Of a stretch of DNA of 34,743 nucleotides, positions 15,001 through 19,594 are shown one piece after another (within the stretch, counting starts at the first letter, position 1; each line of letters opens with the position of its first letter). Position numbers and translations under genes: made by a program. The stretch is from Candidatus Omnitrophota bacterium (lineage in GTDB: Bacteria; Omnitrophota; Gorgyraeia; 2-02-FULL-51-18): positions 1 through 34,743 of the forward strand of contig JAHFFM010000002.1 in the NCBI GenBank assembly GCA_023247935.1, in the 5' to 3' direction. The notes under the pieces are model-generated. The model was not told where the DNA came from. It saw only the letters and a program-made list of their open reading frames with translations, and did no database searches.

Positions 15001-18000
15001 TGCCTAGATTGTGTAACAAAGCATTAGCAATAGGATATTCCCTATCTTCGTGAATTAATGTGTAAAGATCTTGCTCATAAATCCTTTTCATTTCAGCGAC
15101 GGCCTCCATACCCTCTTCCCATGCCGTCAGTCGCGCACCGCGGATGATTTCCAGGCGCGTGATGTTCGGCATTTTGACAAATTTGGCAGAGTCCAGACCG
15201 AATTTGGATTTCAACCGGTTCAGATTTAACGTCGAGATACCGGGGCCTTCATCAAAAACAATGATGCGCAGACTGCCACCGACCTCCTCTTGGCGAATAA
15301 TAATGGCTGGATCGTCATACCTAAATTTTTCATTTTCTCCGGTGATCCATGTAGCTTTAAAGATCGATCGAAAAAGTGGCTCGACCTCTTCAAATTTGAC
15401 GCCCTTTATCTTTTCTTCAAAACTTTGCCTTAGAATCGCCAACGAATTTTCCACGAACAACTTGCGCGGCATCCGAACCGTGTAGCCGCCCACATTTCCT
15501 TTTGCCGCCGGAACGTCATAATAATGATAATGATGTTGCGCCACGATTCCCGGCTGCTTTCTCAAGTGGTAGATAAATTGATAGTAATGATTCTTATCGA
15601 CTTGTTTCCGACGCTCAAGCTGCATGGCTTCGATGAGGCGGTCGAAAATCGCTGGATCAAGGGGCTTTTGGTTTTCCTGTCGTATCCGCTTCTGATCTTT
15701 TTTCCAGCGTCTATACAATAAGTCAGACAGAGCCTCAAAATTTTTGCGATTAGAAGCTAGCGGAAATAAATAAGTGTCGACCGAGCCCAAATCATAATGA
15801 ATCTGCACTCTGATTTCACTTCTGTCATTGGGATAGTCAATCTCAAGCATAGCGTTTTCATCGAGAAGTTCGACCTGATAAGACATCATGCCATAATGGT
15901 CGACAACGGTTGCCGGGTAGGGACGGCTCCGAACGAGCTCGACGATTTCCTCGAACGTGAGAAGTTCTCTAGCTGATGTTTTTGGTGTAAGCCCGATTTT
16001 GGAATGAGAAATAGAAACAGGATCTTGAGCAGTCAAAACCACTCCATACGCGTAATTTCTTAAAGCGTTAGCGTCATCTTTGGGTAAAATAAAAACCTGG
16101 GCGTCAAACCCGCGCTGCTTGTAAAAATACCGGATGGTAGCAGGGCTTACCAAGCGATTATGATTGGCCGCCATACGCGATGTAATGGACTGGTCTGTGC
16201 TCCACCAACCTTCCAGTGTTTTCTGCCGACGGATAATTCTATTAAGACGAGCGAGAGAGTTTTCTTTAGGATGCTTGGCAATGTACTCGAAATCCTCATA
16301 GGACGTTCCCCGATGCTGGGTGCCTTCTTGTTGCATTTCTATTCCCTGTTGTTCCAACAACGCATGAACCCGCTTCATCAACTTTTCGTACTGAGTCTTG
16401 TCTTGAACGGTTTTTAATAAGCTTTCGGCCAATCGAGTAATAAACAAGCTCCGGCTCAAATAGCTCTCATGAAAATCATTCCAAATAGTTTCAAGACGAA
16501 GATCGTCACTGCCAGGCGCATCGAACAAAACAACGGCCTTGCCCCCTTGCCTCAAAACTCTTCTCATTTCAACGGCGCCCTGGTGGAGATTCAAATAACC
16601 TTGCGTAAACGAAGAAACAACAAAATCGCAGGAGTTCGTGGCTAAAGGTAGGTTTTCGGTTTGAGTGCGGCGATAGCGAACATGGCGCGCCGGGCTTTTG
16701 ACAAACCGGGTTTTGGGAAACACGTCGATAGCAGTAACCGTGCCGCTGGGTCTCGATTTGGCCATGGCATTCGCGAGCCACAAATGAGGCCCTGAGCCGA
16801 TGTCAGCCATTCTCAAAGGAGTCCCAGGCTCAAACGTTTCCAATTCATGCAGTACAAACCTCTCGAACATCGCCGGGTAATACTGGTCGAAGCGGCGTTT
16901 ATGGTAAGTATTCTCGGGTAAAAAACGCTCTTTCCATCCTTTCATCAACCTAGATGGTAGCGAGTCGTTGCGCAGGGATTCAAATGCTATAGATCCAACA
17001 CCACTCGAAAGCCGCGCGCCGGCTTTTAGTTTCTTCGAAGCTTGCGTTAGATTTTTAATGCGTTGAATACCTTTGGAAGACTGTGCTCGATCATAAATAC
17101 TTAAAATTACTTCTGGGGCTTCCTCTCGTCTGGAGCTCAATACTTGAAAAGCCTGATGGAGCTTACCTTCATACTTAATGGCAAAAAGTAGTGCCGCTTT
17201 TTCAACTTTCTGCACAAAACCGTCGATAACGGCGTCCGCAAATTTTTTAGAGGAATCCACGAAAAGAACCTGTTCGTTCAAAACCACATGAAGAGGTTTT
17301 TTTAGGCGCTGCGCTTCGTCCAGAAGACTGGAAAAAACAACTCCGAGACATCCCTCGATGGATCCTCCAGCGATAATCACATGTAAAATCGGCTGACCGG
17401 ATAATTGTTTCAGAACAGACCGAATCGTTTGATGCATGTGGGTTTCATACCAATGAGCAATAATCCGGTCTATTTGCTTTTTCGTGAAGCCCTGCGATCT
17501 CAGCGTTACTTCTGTCGGCTTTTGATTCGTCCAAAAATAATGACTGCCCTCTTGCCTTAAAAATCCTCTGTCTTTAAGTTTCCGAGTTAAGCTTTGATCA
17601 TGCCCAGGATCAACAAAATAGCGTTCTCCAACATTGTCGCTATAAGTCACTCTTGGCCAGCGCGCGACATTCGTCTCCCCAAAAATTTGAATTCCTGCTT
17701 TCGCCAATGCTGCCATGTTTTCGCCAACAGCAACCAGACCTTCTTCCTCTTCACCGGCCGCAAAATGATTTACAACAAACAAAGCCGCTTTTTCATTTGC
17801 TAGCCGGGCACCTTCTTCCACGCGTCCCAATCTGACGGTGCTGATGGGTTCCATGAGTGAAGCGGCGACTAATGTGTTGGCGTCGGCTAAAGATAATTTG
17901 GAGGCGTCGGCTGTAAGGACTTTTTTATTTCCCGTGAGAGGCTCCAAAAGAATCGATTCGTATTTTTTGCGATTGGTTTCGCCAGTGACGGTTGGAGTGA

Positions 18001-19522
18001 GAACGGCGTAGGAGTAGCCTTGTTCTTTGAAAAGCTTTGTCAGATGTTCGGTGTGATAGCCGCCTGAGATAAGGACGGCGACTTTGGCTTGGTGTTCCGT
18101 AAGAGCGTTTTGGGTTTTTTGAATGAAGGCTAGGTCTCTTTCACCGACCGAAGTGTAAAAATCCCGGAGAGCCAGCTTCGTGTCTTCGAGCGAGCGGTCG
18201 AGCGGAAGCAAATCGTCGAAATAACCTAGTTCCGCGAGTTTTCGATTGATGAATGCTAAATAACGCTCTTCACCAAAATCCGGCTCATTAACTTCAAACA
18301 AATGAAACTCCTCGGAGCTCATTTGAATGCTGTAGGCAGAGCGAAGCAGATTCAAATAGCGATCGATAGCATGGATCAACAATGCGTCATTGCGAGGAGC
18401 CGGAGGCGACGAAGCAATCTCAGTCGAGAAGATTGCTTCGCTCACTTCGTTCGCTCGCAATGACATATCGTAAACTTTCTTTTCTAGAACTTCTGATTCC
18501 GCAATCAGCCTGGCGAGGTCTATTTTTGAAAAGGCTTCTAAGTAATCCAGGTATTCTTTGAGATTGGGGTATTCCCTAGCCTCAACCCCATTCTTCTCGG
18601 CAATAATAAAAGTATTTCGTAAGTAGGAAAATTGAGCAAGCTTCTCCTTGCCTAATTTCCCGGCGCTTTCAAGGTATTCTCGAAGCTCTCGTCCTCCCCC
18701 GCTTTTTTCAATCGCCTCAATGAGCGACGCCTGCTCTAAATTGGCGAGATTAAAATCCATTTTGCTTTCCTGGTCTTGAACCGCTAAAAGTTTTCGGATC
18801 GCTTCAAAACTGGATAAATCGAGATTATTTTTTACCGCCAGCGCCGCCAGCGCTTTAAAATTTTTCTCGGCCGTTTGATTTCTCTCTTTTTCGTATGAGA
18901 TTAGTTCTTCGGGATAAAATTTATTTTTGAGTTTTGCGAGCGAGCTTTGTGCACGACCGATGGATTCCAGCGCATGTTCGCGCTTGCCTGCCAAATCGGC
19001 GTACGCGTGAAGACTTTTCATGTACAGTTCTTTGTCTTCAACACCGATGATTTTCATCGGGTGATCCGAGGTGAGATTGAGATATTCCTGCCCAGCGATT
19101 TCTCCGTCGATTAAAAATTTCTTGGCCAGGCGATCCCAAACTTTGCGAGACGCCATTTTCTTGAGTGCCGTCAGCGTATCATCTTGAGAACCACCTTCCG
19201 ACAACACCAAATCCACTCCATATTTGGACATAATCTCATCCAGCGTTTTGGCGAGATTTTGCTGACCGCTCAGATTGGCGTGAGCGTCTTGGATGTGGAT
19301 GATAAAAACATTTTTGTCGCCACGATGAATTTCTTTAAGCGATGAAAATTGGAGCGGCGCCTCAAAACGCGTGGGGTCAGAAAGGAGCGTGGCCAGCGGC
19401 TTTTCAGGCAAAAGCTTTCCTATATTATCTACCGGCGACGCCCAAGCCAGATCGGATAAAAGAAAAGTAAATACCAAAAGAAAGCTGATAGCCCTAATGC
19501 TTATCGGTTTTCTACTATTCAA
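1..19522 (-). CDS. Giant secreted multidomain protein, 3'-partial (at least 6,507 codons in window; no stop before the window edge)
   Basis: The frame is minus strand with codon first bases at coordinates = 1 mod 3. I hand-translated it from TTG 19522 for more than 570 codons. I spot-checked it at 1-60, 360-840, 9360-9780, 11400-11520, 13440-13500, 13920-14220, 15240-15540 and 16500-16860. All stretches are open and protein-like. An in-frame TAA lies upstream at 19538-19540, and GAAGG sits 7 nt upstream of the TTG. None of the listed minus-strand ORFs is in this frame. Any in-window stop would have produced a listed ORF, so the frame must stay open to position 1. Confidence 0.85.
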   Translation of the reverse strand, partial: MNSRKPISIRAISFLLVFTFLLSDLAWASPVDNIGKLLPEKPLATLLSDPTRFEAPLQFSSLKEIHRGDKNVFIIHIQDAHANLSGQQNLAKTLDEIMSKYGVDLVLSEGGSQDDTLTALKKMASRKVWDRLAKKFLIDGEIAGQEYLNLTSDHPMKIIGVEDKELYMKSLHAYADLAGKREHALESIGRAQSSLAKLKNKFYPEELISYEKERNQTAEKNFKALAALAVKNNLDLSSFEAIRKLLAVQDQESKMDFNLANLEQASLIEAIEKSGGGRELREYLESAGKLGKEKLAQFSYLRNTFIIAEKNGVEAREYPNLKEYLDYLEAFSKIDLARLIAESEVLEKKVYDMSLRANEVSEAIFSTEIASSPPAPRNDALLIHAIDRYLNLLRSAYSIQMSSEEFHLFEVNEPDFGEERYLAFINRKLAELGYFDDLLPLDRSLEDTKLALRDFYTSVGERDLAFIQKTQNALTEHQAKVAVLISGGYHTEHLTKLFKEQGYSYAVLTPTVTGETNRKKYESILLEPLTGNKKVLTADASKLSLADANTLVAASLMEPISTVRLGRVEEGARLANEKAALFVVNHFAAGEEEEGLVAVGENMAALAKAGIQIFGETNVARWPRVTYSDNVGERYFVDPGHDQSLTRKLKDRGFLRQEGSHYFWTNQKPTEVTLRSQGFTKKQIDRIIAHWYETHMHQTIRSVLKQLSGQPILHVIIAGGSIEGCLGVVFSSLLDEAQRLKKPLHVVLNEQVLFVDSSKKFADAVIDGFVQKVEKAALLFAIKYEGKLHQAFQVLSSRREEAPEVILSIYDRAQSSKGIQRIKNLTQASKKLKAGARLSSGVGSIAFESLRNDSLPSRLMKGWKERFLPENTYHKRRFDQYYPAMFERFVLHELETFEPGTPLRMADIGSGPHLWLANAMAKSRPSGTVTAIDVFPKTRFVKSPARHVRYRRTQTENLPLATNSCDFVVSSFTQGYLNLHQGAVEMRRVLRQGGKAVVLFDAPGSDDLRLETIWNDFHESYLSRSLFITRLAESLLKTVQDKTQYEKLMKRVHALLEQQGIEMQQEGTQHRGTSYEDFEYIAKHPKENSLARLNRIIRRQKTLEGWWSTDQSITSRMAANHNRLVSPATIRYFYKQRGFDAQVFILPKDDANALRNYAYGVVLTAQDPVSISHSKIGLTPKTSARELLTFEEIVELVRSRPYPATVVDHYGMMSYQVELLDENAMLEIDYPNDRSEIRVQIHYDLGSVDTYLFPLASNRKNFEALSDLLYRRWKKDQKRIRQENQKPLDPAIFDRLIEAMQLERRKQVDKNHYYQFIYHLRKQPGIVAQHHYHYYDVPAAKGNVGGYTVRMPRKLFVENSLAILRQSFEEKIKGVKFEEVEPLFRSIFKATWITGENEKFRYDDPAIIIRQEEVGGSLRIIVFDEGPGISTLNLNRLKSKFGLDSAKFVKMPNITRLEIIRGARLTAWEEGMEAVAEMKRIYEQDLYTLIHEDREYPIANALLHNLGNGRQRFSDNYESLKIDSAKTQFRVGTVRDVLAHMDAEFQMFLQPQDIDELVAWAKKHQAYGGTENLQGISARQYFAITSKAILDLEKSGGLTRERFTARYSEVLARWEKAKKRLLESVDWIEKSSAPLLPPVEERWVYDLANDINRLALSPRNIHLFPYRYGGDGFFVDFDTRNFLPVLGKESAHTSQVYCYIDPNSNGVNFDLFFKDMERRLGPIQDQAAWQAMKEKYKKLGTGARLAKKMVQKKPTKRAIVGPLLRKYKRLLQREKPSFREAARLMGVSNPSLFLYFERHPEEDPADYGIVKGEPGVPSEIPALLEKHKKSLKGLAVSEAAKLMGIKRATLTQYFRKRSINYKKLYEMVDKKYESRQNEYHQKLSGKFVEAWKAGNRESFLRLSPQLREVLRLLFISPTYKSEESIAKKYLKKFSTKSRSISAQAINAMKQSALEEWRRWENIKKWREARQQGRYEPAGKTKIGEFPIGKTEQLKAGKIKNFSQLKSATPQQILDIDGIGIKTLAEIKKVLRALGSVGGARLAENKAEDPASRWFYVRFAPKIGELMISCMAQEISMSQFRQEIEPLLKEIDEEGVFPKRFFDSKSSLKVEDLWDFLNGDFKSFLITKGYLLKSVSQSKGTLLIVSKIYKVLPLISPDGHRVTTYFVYDPYEIYSHAETAPARNEVVIVVSGPVADHDLKVVDKAREILADKENQLPDGTLDPALYRRNPFGWINVHFHGRDYKNPSPIQTQLEETLREQGLVYPAAYWQYLQDTVNEELAHFDALSYAIKKDARNAKDVEGSANAILRPDEKLLKGYFDDYAEHKKIIAEIIIEVEAALKSTWTNGVFVPDRVFTLTNVFAQGGGTEAQGELKLKAEMIARMMGEEPLNEFLAFVVGKDPLDPKISERIRRMALEAYQAHFLMPEERAHGARLASKVSAEEGLAGVRMVGNRERTFVDRKFGKTMLRIHGNLDEAIAKKIAAGVTRIHRHEARKAAKKGQKTYILNNCFELSQSLANLLRSLMKGFAADILRCDELDQTGPVRFMNHGVAYIWSSKHHIAIDITAKSYLKSQDKSLDIDAEVFVADTNENLEKALINYYGGDKWKTGQEDIMDMLGRDWNEGARLSVDKPLVSADEFRQAFRKINQLSRETIFDEAQQERIILKLISMKLEKGRRVLVVGPGGRDYMPALLAFCGLEVTAIDTDHMVQEIQEHLHRKLEVSESIQYFDSWQDLQEASSKNKFNYVLMFGVPNYAVTRNTRMLMAIRLMSSVPGADEETQNMVNGRVEGELYGMFAPIVPLLNPKHGHLFISDSEETMRRMSPMIRKIFDEYGKEQATPIRGIVRSDADLNFTLDQHPLGTFPKVGLTLEVRKIGGARLTARRGKLESRDFKIIWPKLHGRPATSLVSLTELVNHIPGVRVLAANKSRLTRMDSWTGLCLLGIKEGGFLTVTVAAPESIKGDIFDLYERVINDPYYHTIALVKNSDRYRQLEVEVGRITGKLAARLAGATARVTKEFDNSDGWMMPLEIELTVNGGRKKIGIRFQGMVAVDEGEARDVIAIKYLVYENTRFEGSPAELSMALDKQTHRVISTIGDFKNFKEFSQITAWLFLMVSKAWDKQGIEAAARLAENQPAPETLYGETEREVIYIMALAKDHFFKAAWKAMLIWGFNYSLTKEEVVNEDVLRKYFSYREKTSRKEFRFIRGIFTWAFLWKGSKKYILVHTAIERLSQKELVQLLPLVKQPTDFSDQDVRGHLLLGMKDKARMVEYVRGDQIMELGSAAGDILGLVKQKLPDAKVVGIEFDEELLKQARRNHPKIEFYRHDLTQWNIPSDFKGQFSTVIISSTLHEIDVSFGREMSRRVLKLAQDLLKPGGTLIFRDGVKPEPREVEVFLKTEYAKQKFEKFVKEYRHRKISFSYTDDSHKKVRLSSYDLHDFLSKYYFEGDLWNRDMDESAGQMTESQYRELLGDYFEIEHVEAYIAPYLQDRWKKDFEMERGEVYPNSHIFIVAKKPLAARLATATESLPEIGNTTMAEKVEQIRARFGDMERLGSGIQFWIYDKVRVKKKLSYREWLDADRFYAMLGLLDQLIKSANQYDVTEFRKFIAEHKDELAGLVKFMDSKLLIGETIATGSFSSHRPSNYNGSFDQPVPYQALSFYFPWVVFDGGSGLNGKFSNFKVAFQEIKESWAEIRLAIMAELPQAGARLAEEPKSGDLDWAKAEEALLGIERNLNKIREFVVVAPGVSKVYFEANYFTQITEVREIYDSFKQKKQISRDDLDRMLSLLHLLAYHAQLPRRTSSEAFDRWIWRILLGERNKETDGDADNREIAQRYFKRRERLFNSHGDKILNLAEKFEESMRLLSGIPDDEQTGGARLAEDSQARAGRAIRISQLIGDAAEKIYQTSLKHPEINDNELLGQFEALLKGHEELYSEMVPMISRWAKTTLLNKDYTSWEAFTLKLYQIFADRHPVISRRTFFQWVTAAFVTAPLASSILSTLTEPAAVVAEQVAAPIAESFILQFNEPAVLARVMARAKAGVLSSNSSPVLSTVVDNGIQLLWGKERDALNKFRAGANKILIGEAIQTVPGASDPLGLLDKNFGDVIHSHLVSQELQAKPELQALMGAIKRADATFQGMGPRAQGRFSNQLSQLAARKDMISAEELQTKLDASTESALKKNWSNYVAPTFMAGELLPYRIYLKVQDPKDPAKSYIVLLSQPERSNDSWQFPRYYEFASYEIYVFPVPEAPIPRGREELIFYKHRHLSPKNLPLKHRAQRAYIQVRNDEHGVPLEIFRDDFYLFGHNSYEWLEDTVRDWFEDWQKVMQVSRRSTPSLIEALDGDPRRLASFYWIAPGPAGGEEEPVREYLIHFDLAPEQDRYDIRVTPVKNAARWDDAANWKGDYVASIALKFDDQDRLLKPSGKSWEIIFGSGRNPDDYFWLTGFVQQRLDALVGRPFSVNEPEFVAHPEIFGRVGEGARLTARKSAAIRMIEELSRQREAKRFLVFLKKALHFKDKKRNSIAPPDRDAINLISEILIRQGTWTQKPATDADAFTAIWKMVDDPKTISFFDQTLVFYILRSLRGSNPAKSQLEFLRDTCQAKDYNAFANFKAGHSRLPRLAYVCACLFQDTYLLSVSANRVRGRSTIFDEARDLLSRTEALPVILEELEYASRNNGDGAVISKGDIKSANPVAVGIRELLEGMSVPAEVQDKTFIVEGISETNPYLPAALLWRGAKEVVVASISATFIFSTKRHIRETNDLAFSSGRNLGTCRFVNSTDGLNLPDAIVLSAGARLASYHDSFHEILDRLSEIKINAPEKPANEALEFLMQWQREWENKDESQRPLFFTKGKNEWRNNPVDILIGHLKNENYYPPYKNEIATFLLMAWKSKVSKRTLYRLLLVAIAPKSQSRKKAIEMQAASEILVMIAGMDKGARYWINGYLGQVISGRQHPPSTLLAHQLLLKIKLGARLAEAPKTSPDLLFVDAVIEKHRKRVGEIIKNPNVSLEKVLRLAKTHQNDILDRIQQLVSMKAQYAQGNYEATGVMVRLALEFSFTQNLRKNEDLYLDYVDALLEFTNVEETRKSKIVTNAEGYYEHYWIWAMTLSLKGGSEAIQILSDEIQTVGNEVFDPREDQFHDRHWSVAYQEILAEAIYLAKTYSTQDQKLKREVLNKALKLKSLHLQKIARIYLKQPIFNVNRRSVKDHLIALFYRSERLNQEAGGKSYSEPALADKTGLVKQEVARITGARLARIHQGVLNGQTLVTRLAGLVDILPYMELNEEIPFSLREVGQLPLRKKYGRLKVGTTYFKKKSDSRGLVYATGKPIYLGDDTATISVFKFGPNAYDIELHVVSKYTGKRFVSARYPFVRDGKFVTGHMNFSSPSPDKLLQMEILSGVIHDDLPWELQVITEDSFPRGSGLFSLDQKDHTVNFWSRNVRLVYRRSAEKPILKIQRAPWIAKDAWVATLWAPSEKGQHSEIPLDSIVLYQNGQVVTQNVAGKPMVGYWHLPQIPTVTHMANNAKAQWNVYWLANGGTFFPNSDADLVSIAYRKPDHLYNLEGKRVEIRLSGFGLSNQTKRYWVNFHGVSIGGKKVNARGVWYYDTKNKVSRHFVLFHDGAFCDPIDVTDQMAADTFPWGAGRQVSSDDVLADFILLCEGKLTRNAEYDLVTRLKALAVSDAQPFLEMLQRLTNDDTFSDPRLISPGDKLKIVTKMKQVLRGVAPKMFSGEAITTFYRAELESRTARLEARKKIRVARELKESFLMNRVRGLALQKKQAHLRSQEILDRKAHLLRTIRDSKETISVNEIKQALARFSSLLVVNSESARLFFAAEQASWNGSTRLLQGLVQEVNEFFRFEAAVKPKAAAARLANYTEMVRVLSHRGIHARPSAVLEILDQYARSYDESLIIKAHFNGYGRPESASLSKPTEMMMLAIDDRGQFELEFSSEKFDRERLKRLAKVFERVLRNEKVLHEQGPGSEYTETPDGRRLPSVEVWGIKDYKRFIDEALVLPLSSFAWQGGSMEYQDQRADFKTTLQFATVDERNQFITSLSDGTYRAFLHWGWAPEPSEWHFKPAEISEEDKNAVDSRTITLVAKRAYFTPYVSLSPHAQGTFVIMRSSIGSPRNLLNEEKRNALPPDSFKWMNYNITNTSPGSQFIGGSVGFPEGVRARSIPAAARLANDNQFKKFGIEIRNDHADFSKAPKNVAWAMDHRREIAYAPIAQKPDQFKKIKLLSPLGSLPRISEKERSVSSLGVFLGLAKIDGRVQPVAVKLYRKGGLSPGELIYAQVLDRLGIGAKFYGVVESGDVTGYVMQIILGGNTNTPEQHKDFLTVNELLRLAGFVVATEYRVTRAGELVAIDAGDLVPDEDDGDRTLEEFIRKNNAASQKGARLAGESRQWFSGEVVGEILDGGRCEFIGNIKGTDVGAVQAAKFPKGEVVVIKVSDFTDFAKQLHDNERRVIRAIRTLGKIREDKSYEGPQDLIPGFVGRVGNRVVNIFPYMRDLTLEKLFVRGKISLK
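9385..9715 (-). other. Class I SAM-dependent methyltransferase-like module C within the giant ORF
   Basis: Translated QIMELGSAAGDILGLVKQKLPDAKVVGIEFDEELLKQARRNHPKIEFYRHDLTQW...FSTVIISSTLHEIDVSFGREMSRRVLKLAQDLLKPGGTLIF. This carries the complete motif I / II / III / LKPGG series typical of Methyltransf_11/12/25-type domains. Confidence 0.65.
11270..11500 (-). other. Rossmann/class I methyltransferase-like module B within the giant ORF
   Basis: Translated GRRVLVVGPGGRDYMPALLAFCGLEVTAIDTDHMVQEIQEHL. It has a glycine-rich motif I followed by an acidic residue at the end of beta-2 (AIDTD). Confidence 0.45.
13433..13489 (-). other. Helix-hairpin-helix-like motif within the giant ORF
   Basis: Translated ILDIDGIGIKTLAEIKKVL. 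It has the hxxhxGIGxKTA signature of HhH DNA-binding motifs. It lies just upstream of the GARLA site at 13397-13411. Confidence 0.45.
13960..14190 (-). other. Two helix-turn-helix-like motifs within the giant ORF
   Basis: Translated FREAARLMGVSNPSLFLYFERH and VSEAAKLMGIKRATLTQYFRKR. Both resemble the Fis/HTH_8-type pattern AAxxLGISRxTLYRKL. Confidence 0.45.
15236..15453 (-). other. GHKL (histidine kinase/MutL/Hsp90-type) ATPase-like boxes within the giant ORF
   Basis: Translated FVENSLAILRQ is N-box-like (E-N-S-x-A). About 69 residues later, RIIVFDEGPGIS is G1-box-like (DxGxG). That spacing is longer than usual, so the call is tentative. Confidence 0.3.
16520..16830 (-). other. Class I SAM-dependent methyltransferase-like module A within the giant ORF
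   Basis: Translated sequence: ...PLRMADIGSGPHLWLANAMAKSRPSGTVTAIDVF...NSCDFVVSSFTQGYLNLHQGAVEMRRVLRQGGKAVVLFD. This shows motif I (hhDhGxGxx), an acidic residue at the end of beta-2 (AID), a DFVVS strand and the typical RVLxxGG segment. Confidence 0.6.
19439..19522 (-). other. Sec-type signal peptide of the giant protein (MNSRKPISIRAISFLLVFTFLLSDLAWA / SP)
   Basis: The N-terminus has a basic n-region (R, K, R), a hydrophobic core AISFLLVFTFLLS and an A-W-A motif before Ser-Pro. This was translated directly from the sequence. Confidence 0.6.
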
Positions 19523-19594
19523 TCGTTGACCTTCTTTTTAAAGCAACTATTGGAAGTACCTAGAGTTAGATCGTGCAAGCGATTAACTTGCCAA

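Larger units (their letters stand above)
377..17812 (-). other. Twenty in-frame occurrences of the pentapeptide [G/A]-A-R-L-[A/S/T] punctuating the giant ORF
   Basis: 15-nt sites, all with first codon base = 1 mod 3. GARLA: 17798-17812, 14285-14299, 13397-13411, 12221-12235, 8408-8422, 7901-7915, 5156-5170, 4628-4642, 3797-3811, 377-391. GARLS: 17006-17020, 11645-11659. GARLT: 15125-15139, 10886-10900, 6098-6112. AARLA: 10505-10519, 10139-10153, 8972-8986, 1943-1957, 1016-1030. Codons vary synonymously between sites (GGC/GGT/GGG, GCG/GCA/GCC/GCT, CGG/CGA/CGT/CGC, CTG/CTA/CTC/CTT/TTA/TTG). Confidence 0.85.

Noticed and set aside
377-17812. The recurrent GC-rich GCGCGC/GCCGCGCGCC strings could be a DNA-level element such as a REP-like repeat, BssHII-site clustering or a recombination signal.
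   Set aside because: All copies are in the same reading phase and encode the same peptide. Several use different synonymous codons that lack GCGCGC altogether (for example GGTGCCCGGCTAGCA, GGGGCTCGTCTGGCG, GGCGCACGGCTAGCC). Selection is therefore on the peptide.
1-19522. The giant gene could be an NRPS/PKS megasynthase or a tandem-repeat (Ig/cadherin/RTX-like) adhesin.
   Set aside because: In the translated parts I saw no carrier-protein Ser motif context, no HHxxxDG condensation motif (HHYHYYDV at about 15515-15535 has the wrong context) and no KS/AT signatures. I saw no long nucleotide-level tandem repeats. A profile search is still needed to exclude these fully.
1-19530. The absence of long ORFs in the track suggested non-coding DNA, a pseudogene graveyard or an alternative genetic code (stop-codon reassignment).
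   Set aside because: One minus-strand frame is fully open in the standard code and encodes sensible protein motifs. The neighbouring nuo genes use TAA and TGA as stops. The gap in the track is explained by the ORF lacking an in-window stop.
1-19530. Short listed ORFs (60-125 aa) on both strands inside this region, for example 174-659, 4359-4736, 10737-11105, 15144-15485.
   Set aside because: All lie in other frames or on the opposite strand of the continuous giant ORF. They have low-complexity or odd composition and no recognisable motifs. I treat them as shadow ORFs.
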